Shown: piece by piece, positions 45,400-54,657 of the stretch
How the letters are laid out: every line of letters begins with the position of its first letter
Position numbering within the stretch: the stretch's first letter is position 1
NCBI GenBank assembly: GCA_963758635.1
Contig: CAVWWD010000008.1
Coordinates: 672,001 to 736,000 of the forward strand
DNA: 64,000 nucleotides
Direction: 5' to 3'
Origin: an uncultured Candidatus Rokubacteria bacterium
Lineage (GTDB): Bacteria; Methylomirabilota; Methylomirabilia; Rokubacteriales; CSP1-6
Program-made: the position numbers and the translations under genes
Notes under the pieces: generated by a model
What the model saw: only the letters and a program-made list of their open reading frames with translations
Database searches by the model: none
What the model was told of the DNA's origin: nothing

Positions 45400-46064
45400 T
45401 ACCAGGGACTAGAACCGGCCGGAAGCCGTAGTCGGAGTACCGCAGGAGCGGCGGCAGGGACGAGCGATGCGCCACCGGGCTCCACGGGTCCTGGTGCCGC
45501 CACGCGCCGCCTCGCGAGCTGCGACGCGTCCCCGACTCGGGGCCCGCCGGGTTTCGCTCGGGCGAGGCGGCGTAGTACGTCGTCGCTGGCCCAGTCCCCG
45601 CACCACTCGTGGCAGACGCCGGAGAGCGCGGTCAGGCCGTAGGCGTTCGCCGGGCCCGCGCCGGCCGGCGGCGGCCGGTCGAAGCCCGCCACGCCGGGTC
45701 GGTCGTCCCCCCAGGGGAACCGCGCGCCCTCGACGCCGCCGCGGGCCGCGCGCTCCCACTCGGCCTCGGTGGGCAGGCGCCAGGCCGCGCCGTCCGCGCG
45801 GCCGAGCCACGCGCAGAACGCGGCCGCGTCCGCCCAGCTCACGCCCACCACCGGCTGCTCGGGCGCGTCGAAGCGCGGATCGCTCCACCACGGCGGCGGC
45901 GCGGCGCCGCCCGCGGCGAGGAACGGCGCGTACTCCCGGTTGGTCACGGGATGCCGGGCGATCCCGAAGGCGTCCACCCACACGCGATGCGGCGGGCCCT
46001 CGCCGGGAAGGCCCGCGCTCCATCCCATCCAGAACCAGCCCGCCGGGATCTGCGCCACCTGCAC
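45389..46064 (-). CDS. SUMF1/FGE-sulfatase domain protein (frameshift near 45575; lacks FGE catalytic Cys pair)
   Basis: IPAGWFWMG, EGPPHRV, PVTNREY, PVVGVSWADA, RLPTEAEWERAARGG, NAYGL; shifted tail RGGAW...DYGFR; the stop lies inside repeat A copy 4. Confidence 0.85.
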
Positions 46065-46070
46065 GCGTTG

Positions 46071-46078
46071 AGTATAAT
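46071..46078. promoter_or_regulatory. Overlapping divergent -10 boxes
   Basis: AGTATAAT gives TATAAT on + (46073-78) and TATACT on - (46076-71), the latter 6 nt from the GTG at 46064. Confidence 0.55.
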
Positions 46079-46095
46079 GAGCGCCGCTGCGGCTG

Positions 46096-46215
46096 TGCGA
46101 GGTGAGCGCTGCTCGGCAGCGCGAGCCGAGCGTATCTGGAAATGCCGTGGAAACGACCGCGGAGCGTCGGCGGCGCGAGCCGAGCGGACATGGAAATGCC
46201 GTGGAAACGACCGCA
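46096..46215 (+). repeat. Repeat family A, copy 5 (two tandem units, 54-bp period)
   Basis: GCGCGAGCCGAGCG.A..TGGAAATGCCGTGGAAACGACCGC occurs twice (AATGCCGTGGAAACGACCGC at 46141 and 46195). Confidence 0.88.
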
Positions 46216-46257
46216 TGCATCCCACCCGGCCGGACGAGAGCGGCTCGGAGAGCGTCC

Positions 46258-47430
46258 ATGAGATTCGCCCAGCGCATGTCCCGTCTCGGCACCGAATCGG
46301 CCTTCGAGGTGCTCGCCCGCGCCCGCGCGCTGGAGCGCCAGGGCAAGGAGGTCATCCACCTCGAGATCGGCGAGCCCGACTTCGACACGCCGCCGCACAT
46401 CCGTGAGGCGGGCAAGCGCGCGCTCGACGACGGCGCCACGCACTACGGGCCGGCCGCGGGCCTGCCCGAGCTGCGCGAGGCGATCGCCAAGGACGTCGGC
46501 GCGACCCGGCAGATCCCCGTCACGCCCGAGGAGATCGTCGTCACGCCGGGCGCCAAGCCCATCATGTACTTCGTGATCACGTCGCTGGTGGATCCGGGCG
46601 ACGAGGTCATCTATCCGAACCCGGGCTTCCCGATCTACGAGTCCGTGATCAACTTCGTGGGCGGCGTGCCCGTGCCCATCCCGCTGCGCGAGGAGGAGGG
46701 GTTCGGGTTCGACCTCGACGTGTTCGAGCGCCGGGTGTCGCCGAAGACCCGCCTCATCATCGTCAACTCGCCCCAGAACCCGACGGGCGGCGTCCTCGAG
46801 CCCGCGCAGCTCGAGCGCATCGCCGCCATCGCGCTCCGCCACCGCATTCCCGTGCTCGCCGACGAGATCTACAAGTCGTTCCTCTACGAGGGCGACTTCG
46901 CCTCCATCACCCGCGTGCCCGGGATGAAGGACCTCACGATCATCCTCGACGGCTTCTCCAAGGCGTACGCGATGACGGGCTGGCGGCTGGGCTACGGCGT
47001 CATGCCGCGCGACCTCGCCGACCACGTGACGCGGCTCATGGTGAACTCGAACTCCTGCACGGCCTCGTTCACGCAGTGGGCGGGCATCGCCGCGCTCGAG
47101 GGCGACCAGATGCCGGTGGCGACGATGGTGGACGAGTTCCGGCGCCGCCGCGACCTCATCGTGGAGGGCCTCAACGGGCTTCCCGGCGTCTCGTGCCGAT
47201 CGCCGCGCGGCGCCTTCTACGTGTTCCCGAACGTGAAGGCGATCGGCCGGCCGTCGGCGGAGATCGCGGACGCCCTGCTGAACGAGGCGGGCGTCGCGCT
47301 GCTCGGCGGGTCGGCGTTCGGCGAGCACGGCGAGGGGTACCTCCGCCTGTCGTACGCGAACTCCGAGGCGAACATCCGGAAGGCGCTCGACCGCATGCGC
47401 CCGGTGCTCGCCCGCATGGCGGGGACGTAG
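46258..47430 (+). CDS. Class I/II PLP-dependent (aspartate-type) aminotransferase
   Basis: HLEIGEPDF, THYGPAAGLPELR, NSPQNPTG, ADEIY, GFSKAYAMTGWRLG, GAFY.F, LRLSYA. Confidence 0.93.
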   Translation: MRFAQRMSRLGTESAFEVLARARALERQGKEVIHLEIGEPDFDTPPHIREAGKRALDDGATHYGPAAGLPELREAIAKDVGATRQIPVTPEEIVVTPGAKPIMYFVITSLVDPGDEVIYPNPGFPIYESVINFVGGVPVPIPLREEEGFGFDLDVFERRVSPKTRLIIVNSPQNPTGGVLEPAQLERIAAIALRHRIPVLADEIYKSFLYEGDFASITRVPGMKDLTIILDGFSKAYAMTGWRLGYGVMPRDLADHVTRLMVNSNSCTASFTQWAGIAALEGDQMPVATMVDEFRRRRDLIVEGLNGLPGVSCRSPRGAFYVFPNVKAIGRPSAEIADALLNEAGVALLGGSAFGEHGEGYLRLSYANSEANIRKALDRMRPVLARMAGT

Positions 47431-47508
47431 CGATCCTCGCAGATTACGGTTACCGCCACGGGCCTCTACAATCCCACCGCTCGGCATTAGTCTGATGCGC
47501 GGGGCTCA
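47431..47508 (+). mobile_element. MITE family C, copy 2 (78 bp, GTAG direct repeats)
   Basis: GTAG at 47427-30 (includes the stop codon) and 47509-12; 6 differences over the 74-nt core versus copy 3. Confidence 0.85.
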
Positions 47509-47512
47509 GTAG

Positions 47513-49026
47513 CTGCCGACCGTCTCCAACGTCCTGATCGCCGGTCTCGCACGGGGCGGCGCGGCGACCCTGTTCCGCGCTCCCGACGCCGGGCCGGCCA
47601 CGACCTGCTCGAGGCGGCCCGACGCGCCGGCGTCCCCTGCATCGACTGCCACTCGCCGTCCACCGCGGGGACCATGGCCGCGGTCACCGCCGAGCTAGCG
47701 GGCAAGGTCGGCGCGGTCCTGGGTGGCCCGCGCGGCTGTCCGTCCCGCTTCGCCCGCGCTCCCGTGATCTTCGTGTCGGACCCCGGCGAGCCCGCGCCGG
47801 CGGGCGCTTCCGTGAAGGAGCGCCTGATCGTGACCCCGGAGACGGCCGGCCATCGCGTGGCCCACGCGATCCAGCTCGCGCTCGCCGAGCCGCGCGGGCC
47901 CGTGCACCTGGAGGTCGCTCCGGGCGTCGCCGCGCGCGAGACGCTGCCGCGAGCGTTCCCGGCGATCACGCCGGCACCGGCGCCGCCCGATCTCGCCGGT
48001 CTCGAAGCGGCGACGGTGGTCCTGCAGCGCGCCCGGCGGCCGGTGGTCATCGTGGGAGCGGGGTGTCGGCCGCTGGACGCGAAGTGGCTGCGCGCGTTCG
48101 CGGAGGCGATGCCCGCGCCCGTCCTCACCACCCGCCGGGCGAAGGGCGCCATCCCCGAGCCGCATCCCTTGGCCATGGGCGTGTTCCATGGCCGCGCCTT
48201 CGACGAGCCGCTCCTCGCACGGTCGGATCTCGTGATCACGTTCGGGGTCGATCCCGGGGAGACGATGCCCCGTGGGTGGCGGTTCGCGGCGCCGGTCCTG
48301 GCCCTGACGCGCTTTCCGGCCAGCGCCGTCACGCCGACGGGCGGCCGCACGCTGACTCCGGCGCTGGAGGTGCTGGGCGACCTCGCGATGGTCCTCGAGG
48401 AGCTGGCGCCGCGCCTCGGGGGCAAGGCCGCGGCGGACTGGGACGTGGGCTGGATCGAGCGCGTGCGGCGCGAGCGCGGCGCCGGAGCGGGCGTGTCCGG
48501 GTCCCTGGGCGCTCTCACGGCGGAGCGAGCCGTCCAGATCGTCCGCGAGCTGACCCCGGTCGGGACGATCGCCGCCGTGGATGGCGGATCCACCGGCCCG
48601 CTCGTGCTCGATGCCTGGCTCGCGACGGACCTGGGCGAGTGTCTCGTGCCGGCGAGCGCGTCGGCGACCGGCTTCGCCGTGCCGGCCGCCGCCGCGGCGC
48701 GCCTGATCGTGGCCGACCAGCCCGCGATCGCCTTCGCCGGAGCCGGCGGCCTCGTGGCGGCCGCGGCGGACCTCGAGACGGTGGCGCAGCTCGAGCGGCC
48801 CGTCACCGTGGTCGCCTTCGTCGCCGGCCCGTCCGCTCACGCGGGCGCGGATCTCGCGGCCCTCGCGCGCGCGCTCGGCTGGCGCGCGTCGGTCGCCCGC
48901 GGGGAAGGGGAGCTGCGCCGCGCGCTGGTCGACGGCCTGTCCCGTCCGGCGCCCACGCTCGTCGCGGTGCGCGTTGCGCCCGTGCGCCTCACGTCGGGGC
49001 GCGTCCCGGCCGCCGCGACGGTATAA
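47513..49026 (+). CDS. Degenerate thiamine-diphosphate-enzyme-like protein (acetolactate synthase fold); CTG start and frameshift near 47595 inferred
   Basis: MAAVTAELAG, ALAEPRGPVHLEV, ARRPVVIVGAG, AKGAIPEPHPLAMG, SDLVITFGVD, GFAVPAAAAA; the GDG motif is replaced by GAG. Confidence 0.7.
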
Positions 49027-49033
49027 TCCCGCC

Positions 49034-49699
49034 ATGGCCATGCTCTCGGCGCAGCACGAGGCGGAGGTCAAGCGCGAGCTGTCGAAGATGTCCGGTCCGG
49101 TCAAGCTGGTCGTGTTCGCCTCCGAGCTCGGGGCCGAGACGAACATGCACACGGTGGGCCTGGCGCGGGAGGTGGCGGCGCTCTCCGACCGCCTCACCGT
49201 GGAGGTGCTGAACCCCTACATCGACCGCGAGCGCGCCCAGGCGTACGGAGTCGACGTGGCGCCCGCCGTGATCGTGGAGGGCGCGGAGGACTACGGCATC
49301 CGCTTCCTCGGCATGCCGGGCGGCTACGAGTTCGCCAACCTCATCGACTCGATCATCGTCGCCTCCACTGCTGCGCCCGGCCTGAGCGACGAGACCAAGG
49401 CCTCGCTCGCCGCGCTGGCCTCCGACGTCACGATCAAGGTCTTCACCACGCCTGGCTGACCCCACTGCCCCCGGGCCGTGCGCCTGGCACAGCACATGGC
49501 GGTGGCGTCGTCGCGAGTCCGCGCGGAATGCATCGACGCCAACGAGTTTCCCGAGATGTCCCAGCAGTACCGCGTCAGCGCGGTGCCGAAGATCGTGATC
49601 AACGATCGGGTGGAGTTCGAGGGCGCGCTGCCCGAGCGTGACTTCCTCAGCGCGGTGCTCCAGGCCGTCGAGGACGGCCAGGACGCGCCGCCGGCGTAG
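49034..49699 (+). CDS. Thioredoxin-fold protein-disulfide oxidoreductase (AhpF-N/PDO-like), predicted selenoprotein (UPHC)
   Basis: ORFs 48974-49459 and 49478-49699 share a frame; TGA 49457-59 sits in VFTTPG-U-PHCPRAV; GIRFLGMPGGYEF and VSAVPKIVIN...FEGA motifs. Confidence 0.9.
49471..49487 (+). promoter_or_regulatory. Candidate bacterial SECIS hairpin
   Basis: CCGGGC-CGUGC-GCCUGG stem-loop starting 11 nt after the UGA, with GU in the apical loop. Confidence 0.65.
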
Positions 49700-49765
49700 G
49701 CCCGCGCCGCCGTCCGGTACACCAGGGCACGGCGTGAGCCGGCCGCCCGCGCGCCGCCTCATCGC

Positions 49766-50953
49766 ATGAGCGCCACGTCGTCACGTCCCGGATCCGCTCA
49801 CGCTCGTGCGGAATCGTCGCCCCTCGGCATCGCTCTCGCCGGCTTGACCGCGCTCGCCGTGGCGATGGGCATCGGCCGCTTCGCCTTCACCCCGATCCTG
49901 CCGATGATGCAGCAGGACGCGGGCCTGTCGATCGCGCGGGGCGGCTGGCTCGCCTCGGCCAACTACGCCGGGTATCTGCTCGGCGCGCTGCTCGCGATGC
50001 GGATGCGCGTCGCCCCGTCGCTGGCCATGCGCTCCGCGCTCGTGGTCATCACGCTGGGCACGCTCGCCATGGGTATCACGGACGGCTTCGGCGCATGGCT
50101 GGCGCTCCGGCTGATCGCCGGGATCGCCAGCGCGTGGGTCCTCATCTTCGCCTCGGCGACGTGCCTCGAGCGCCTCGCGCCGTTCGGCCGGCCCCTCTAC
50201 GGCGGCGCCGTGTTCGCGGGCGTGGGGACGGGGATCGCGGTGGCGGGGCTGGTCTGCCTCGCTCTCATGAGCGCCGGGCTCGGCTCGCGGCCGGCGTGGC
50301 TGGGGCTGGGCGCGCTCGCGCTCCTCGGCACCGCAGGGACGTGGCGCGCGCTCGGAAGGCCCGCGGAGCGCCGGGCGGACCCGGCCCCGACGCCGGCACG
50401 GGCCGCGGGGTGGGAACCGGGCTCGGCCAGGCTCGTCGCGTGCTACGGCGTGTTCGGCTTCGGCTACATCATCCCGGCCACGTTCGTGCCCGCGATGGCG
50501 CGCCAGGCCGTGCACGATCCGCTCGCGTTCGGATGGTCGTGGCCGGTGTTCGGCGTGGCCGCGGCGCTCTCGACGATCGCCGCCGCTGTCACGCTCGCCG
50601 GCGACCATCGCCGCCTGTGGATCCGCTGCCACCTCGTCATGGCCGCCGGCGTGGCGCTGCCCGTCGTCTGGCCGGGGCTCGGCGGCATCATGATCGCCGC
50701 GCTCCTGGTGGGGAGCACGTTCGTGGTGGTCACCATGGCCGGCATGCAGGAGGGCCGCCGCGCGGGCGGCGCGCAGGCCACGCGCCTGATGGCGGCGATG
50801 ACCGCGGCGTTCGCGGGCGGCCAGGCGGCGGGGCCGCTCGTCGCCGGTCAGATGGCCAGCCTCCACGGCGGCTTCGACGGCGCGCTGCTGCTGGCCGCGG
50901 TGCTCCTGGTGGCGAGCGCGGCGGCGCTTGCCCGCGATGGACGGCGCGCGTGA
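49766..50953 (+). CDS. YbfB/YjiJ-family MFS transporter
   Basis: AVAMGIGRFAFTPILPMM, LASANYAGYLLGA, FAGVGTGI, GFGYIIPATF. Confidence 0.9.
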   Translation: MSATSSRPGSAHARAESSPLGIALAGLTALAVAMGIGRFAFTPILPMMQQDAGLSIARGGWLASANYAGYLLGALLAMRMRVAPSLAMRSALVVITLGTLAMGITDGFGAWLALRLIAGIASAWVLIFASATCLERLAPFGRPLYGGAVFAGVGTGIAVAGLVCLALMSAGLGSRPAWLGLGALALLGTAGTWRALGRPAERRADPAPTPARAAGWEPGSARLVACYGVFGFGYIIPATFVPAMARQAVHDPLAFGWSWPVFGVAAALSTIAAAVTLAGDHRRLWIRCHLVMAAGVALPVVWPGLGGIMIAALLVGSTFVVVTMAGMQEGRRAGGAQATRLMAAMTAAFAGGQAAGPLVAGQMASLHGGFDGALLLAAVLLVASAAALARDGRRA

Positions 50954-51088
50954 GGGCTGGTGAATGAATGGCGCGGCGGCCCCGCGTGTGTACGCGGAAT
51001 CGCGGTGTTGGCCCGCGCGGCGAAGTCGGAACCCGCGTTCCTTCGCAACCTCGTGAGGCGAGCCAAGCCGCCGAGCCGCGCGCCCGCC

Positions 51089-51511
51089 GTGGTCCCGCCG
51101 GGCGCGACGCCGATCGATCTCCTGTTCGTCTACGGGAGCCTGATGCGCGGCATGCCGCTGCACCACGCGCTGGCGGGGGCGCCGCACGTCGGTGACGGGC
51201 GGATCGCGGCGCGCCTCGTCGACCTGGGCGCGTATCCGGGCGCGGTGCCCGCGCCCGACGCCGAGGTGCGCGGCGAGGTCTACCGCATCACGCGCGCCGA
51301 CCGCTGGGCCGTCCTGGACTACACGGAAGGACCTCAGTATGATCGCCGAGAGATCGCGGTGCGGCTCGACGACGGCGGCCGAGTCATCGCGTTCGTCTAC
51401 TGGTACCGAGGACCGCTGGACGCGGCCGTCCCCATCCCGGGCGGCGACTATCGGGCTCACGCGCCGGCACGGTCCATCCACTACACGCCGAGGAACCCAG
51501 GAGGCGCATGA
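51089..51511 (+). CDS. Gamma-glutamylcyclotransferase (AIG2-like) family protein; start uncertain
   Basis: LFVYGSLMRG, DLGAYPG, VRGEVY, LDYTEG...YDR, IPGGDY. Confidence 0.85.
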   Translation: MVPPGATPIDLLFVYGSLMRGMPLHHALAGAPHVGDGRIAARLVDLGAYPGAVPAPDAEVRGEVYRITRADRWAVLDYTEGPQYDRREIAVRLDDGGRVIAFVYWYRGPLDAAVPIPGGDYRAHAPARSIHYTPRNPGGA

Positions 51512-52866
51512 TGGCGGTCGATCCCGCGGTGCTCGTCAAGAACGACCAGGACCATCTGATCCACCCGCTGCACCATCCGAGCGATCACCTCGAGCCGATG
51601 GTGTACGTGCGCGGCAAGGGCGCCACGATCACCGACATCCACGGGCGCGAGTACATCGACGGCCTCGCCGGGCTGTGGAACGTCAACGTGGGGCACGGCC
51701 GCCAGGAGCTCGCCCAGGCCGCGGCCAAGCAGATCGAGACGCTCGCGTACTTCTCCGGCTACACGGGCTCGTCGAACATCCCCGCGGTGGAGCTGGCGTC
51801 GAAGCTCGTGTCGCTCGCGTACCCGAACATGCAGGCGGTGTTCTTCACCTCCGGCGGAGCGGAGTCCAACGAGTCGGCCTTCAAGACCGCGCGCTTCTAC
51901 TGGAAGGCGAAGGGCAAGCCCGACAAGGTGAAGATCATCGCGCGGACGCTCGCGTATCACGGCGTGACGCTCCAGGCGATGAGCGCCACCGGCATGTCGC
52001 CGTACTGGAAGATGTTCGAGCCGCGCGTGCCGAACTTCCTCCACATCCCCACGTGCTACCCGTACCGGCAGGAGGGGGCGAAGCCCGGCGAGACCGCGGG
52101 CCAGACCGCGGCGCGGCTGCTCGAGGAAGCCATCCTGCGCGAGGGGCCGGACACGGTGGCCGCCTTCATCGCCGAGCCCATTCATGGCGGCGGCGGCGTG
52201 ATGTATCCCACCGACGACTACTTCCGGCTCGTGCGCGAGGTGTGCAACCGCCACGGCGTGCTGTTCATCGCCGACGAGGTGATCACCGGCTTCTGCCGGA
52301 CGGGGAAGTGGTTCGCCCTGGAGCACTGGAACGTGCTGCCCGACATGATGTCGTTCGCGAAGGGCGTGTCTTCCGGCTACCTGCCGCTGGGCGGCATCAT
52401 GGTGTCCAAGGACATCAAGGACGCGATGGACTCGGTGAAGCCCGAGGACCGCTGGATGCACGCCTATACGTACTCGGGCCACCCCACGTGCTGCGCGGTG
52501 GGGCTCGCCAACATCGCGATCATGGAGCGCGAGCGCCTGTGGGAGCGCGCCGCGGCCATGGGGGATCGCCTGCACCGCGGGCTCCACGCCGCGTTCGACG
52601 CCCACCCGCACGTGGGCGACATCCGGAGCGGCAAGGGGCTCCTGGCCGCGATCGAGCTGGTCGAGGACAAGGGCACCAAGGCGCCGTTCGGCGCCGACCG
52701 GAAGATCGGCAACCGCGTCCTCCAGGAGATGAGCAAGCGCGGCGTCATCACGCGGGGCAGGAACGAGCACATCTTCTTCTCGCCGCCGCTGGTGATCACC
52801 GAGACCGAGCTGGATCGGCTGCTCACGGCCACGCAGGAGGCGGTGAAGGCCGCGACGGGCGTCTAG
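51508..52866 (+). CDS. Class III PLP aminotransferase (omega-amino acid/putrescine type)
   Basis: YIDGLAGLWNVNVGHG, SGGAESNE, YHG, FIAEP, IADEVITGF.RTG, FAKGVSSGYLPLG, HAYTYSGHP. Confidence 0.93.
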   Translation: MMAVDPAVLVKNDQDHLIHPLHHPSDHLEPMVYVRGKGATITDIHGREYIDGLAGLWNVNVGHGRQELAQAAAKQIETLAYFSGYTGSSNIPAVELASKLVSLAYPNMQAVFFTSGGAESNESAFKTARFYWKAKGKPDKVKIIARTLAYHGVTLQAMSATGMSPYWKMFEPRVPNFLHIPTCYPYRQEGAKPGETAGQTAARLLEEAILREGPDTVAAFIAEPIHGGGGVMYPTDDYFRLVREVCNRHGVLFIADEVITGFCRTGKWFALEHWNVLPDMMSFAKGVSSGYLPLGGIMVSKDIKDAMDSVKPEDRWMHAYTYSGHPTCCAVGLANIAIMERERLWERAAAMGDRLHRGLHAAFDAHPHVGDIRSGKGLLAAIELVEDKGTKAPFGADRKIGNRVLQEMSKRGVITRGRNEHIFFSPPLVITETELDRLLTATQEAVKAATGV

Positions 52867-52960
52867 CACCGACCGCGGGCAGGGACGCCACGCCCGGGCG
52901 TCCCTGCTCACGCTTCTCTCCGCTCCGAATCACACCCCTGAAACGCCCCATCGACCTTTC

Positions 52961-52993
52961 GCTTGACTCGACTACTCGTCTTGTGTTTAGTAT
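52961..52993 (+). promoter_or_regulatory. Promoter/operator motif, copy 1
   Basis: GCTTGACTCGACTACTCGTC matches 54242-54261 at 18/20 positions; TTGACT -35-like hexamer. Confidence 0.65.
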
Positions 52994-53013
52994 TACCTTG
53001 AGACAGGTCACCC

Positions 53014-54232
53014 ATGGACCGGGACCAGCGATACGCCATCCTCGCCGAAGCCGCCGCCGACGACCGCGAGCACGGACTGCCCGGCAAGCGCCGCTTCAAG
53101 GAAGGGCCGGTCGGCATCAGGCCGGTGCGGATGCCGGGTGGCGGGCGGACGCTGCTGATGCGGGTCATGCTCACCAACGCCTGCTCGCTGTCTTGCGGCT
53201 ACTGCCCGATGTTCAACGCTGGCCGCATCCGGCGCGTCTCGCTCTCGCCCGAGGAGGTGGCGAGCACGTTCATGGACGCGGAGCGGGCCGGGGCCGCGCA
53301 GGGCCTGTTCCTGACCTCCGGCGTGCCCGGGCGACCGGAGCGGGCGGTGGACCGGATGCTGGCCGCCATCGACATCCTGAGGCGCCGCCACAGGTTCAAG
53401 GGCTACGTCCACGTGAAGCTGCTGCCCGGAACGCAGCCGGACCAGGTGGTCGAGGCCACGCGCCTGGCCACGCGCGTGTCCGTGAACCTGGAGGGTCCGC
53501 GGGACGACGTCGTGCGCGGCCTCGCGCGCGAGAAGAATCTCTCCGGTGATCTGCTCCCTGCGCTGACGCTCGCCGGCCGGCTCTCCCGCGAGGCGCGGCT
53601 CGACGGTCGAGCATGGACCGCGGCGCCCGCCGGGACCACGACCCAGTTCGTGGTGGGCGCCCGCGGCGAGGCCGACCGCGACATCCTCGGCCTGGTGGGG
53701 CGCCTCGAGCAGGACGGCGTTCTCCATCACGCGCACTTCAGCGCCTTCCAGCCGGTCGCGGGCACCCCCATGGAGGGCCAGCCGCCCACGCCTGGCGATC
53801 GCGAAGCGCGTCTCTACCAGGCCGAGCACCTGCTCCGCGGCTACGGCTTCGCCCCGGACGAGCTTCGTGTACGGCGAGGACGGCAACCTGGCCCTCGACC
53901 GCGATCCGAAGCTCGCCTGGGCGCTGGCCCATCGCGAGTGGTTCCCCGTGGAAGCGCTCCGCGCCGGGCTCGAGGTCCTGCTGCGCGTGCCCGGCATCGG
54001 ACCGGCGGGGGCGCGGAGGCTGGTCGCCGAGCGCCGCGGCACCAACATTCGCGGCGCCGCCGACCTCCGGCGCCTCGGCGTGGACGTTGCGCGGGCCGCG
54101 TACTTCCTCACGCTCCGGGGCCGCCGCCTCGCGAGCGGCCTGCCTCCGCACCAGCTCGCGCTCTTCGGCCCGGGCGGGCACCTGCCGTCGGTGGTGTGGC
54201 GTACCGCGACGCCTCCCTGCGCCTACCGCTGA
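53014..54232 (+). CDS. Putative DNA modification/repair radical SAM protein with helix-hairpin-helix (TIGR03916-like; frameshift near 53867)
   Basis: LTNACSLSCGYC (CxxxCxxC), GLFLTSG, GYVHVK, TTQFVVGA, SAFQPV, REARLYQAEHLLRGYGF; shifted tail DPKLAWAL, LLRVPGIG. Confidence 0.9.
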
Positions 54233-54241
54233 TCGCGCGCA

Positions 54242-54272
54242 GCTTGACGTGACTACTCGTCAGATGTAGAGT
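54242..54272 (+). promoter_or_regulatory. Promoter/operator motif, copy 2
   Basis: TTGACG, 17 bp spacer containing GACTACTCGTC, then TAGAGT. Confidence 0.68.
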
Positions 54273-54297
54273 TTAGCTACTCATGGAGGTGTCTCGC

Positions 54298-54579
54298 ATG
54301 AATCGACTGGAATCATTGCTGCAAATCGAGCTGGACCGGATGGTCGATCGCCTCGCCGCCAGCGCTCCCGCGGACGCCGTGGCCGCCCTGAACGAGCGGG
54401 ATCCTCAGCTCCGAGCGCTCATGGACGAGGTCGAGGGAAGGCTGGCCGCGCTGCGCACCTCGATGCTCGACCAGTATCGCGAGTGGGCCCGGTCGCTCGA
54501 AGTCTACGGCGACCTGTGGGCTCTGGCGGCGCTGAAGACATCCGGCGCGCGAGACCTCCCCGAGCGCCGCGCGGCCTAG
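54298..54579 (+). CDS. Small helical hypothetical protein (93 aa)
   Basis: SD GGAGGT 7 nt before ATG 54298; own promoter; coiled-coil-like sequence ending ERRAA. Confidence 0.72.
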   Translation: MNRLESLLQIELDRMVDRLAASAPADAVAALNERDPQLRALMDEVEGRLAALRTSMLDQYREWARSLEVYGDLWALAALKTSGARDLPERRAA

Positions 54580-54657
54580 TGAGCCCCGCGCATCAGACTA
54601 ACGCCGAGCGGTGGGACTGTAGAGGCCCGTGTCAGTGACCGTATTCTGCGAGGGTCA
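54580..54657 (-). mobile_element. MITE family C, copy 3 (78 bp, CTAG direct repeats)
   Basis: CTAG at 54576-79 and 54658-61, each supplying the TAG stop of one of two convergent genes; ends TGAGCCC.../...GGGTCA. Confidence 0.87.

Noticed and set aside
44824..46064. Split EgtB/SenA (DinB + FGE domain) ergothioneine or selenoneine synthase
   Set aside because: The two genes are convergent on opposite strands, and the DinB-like protein lacks the HxxxH metal motif.
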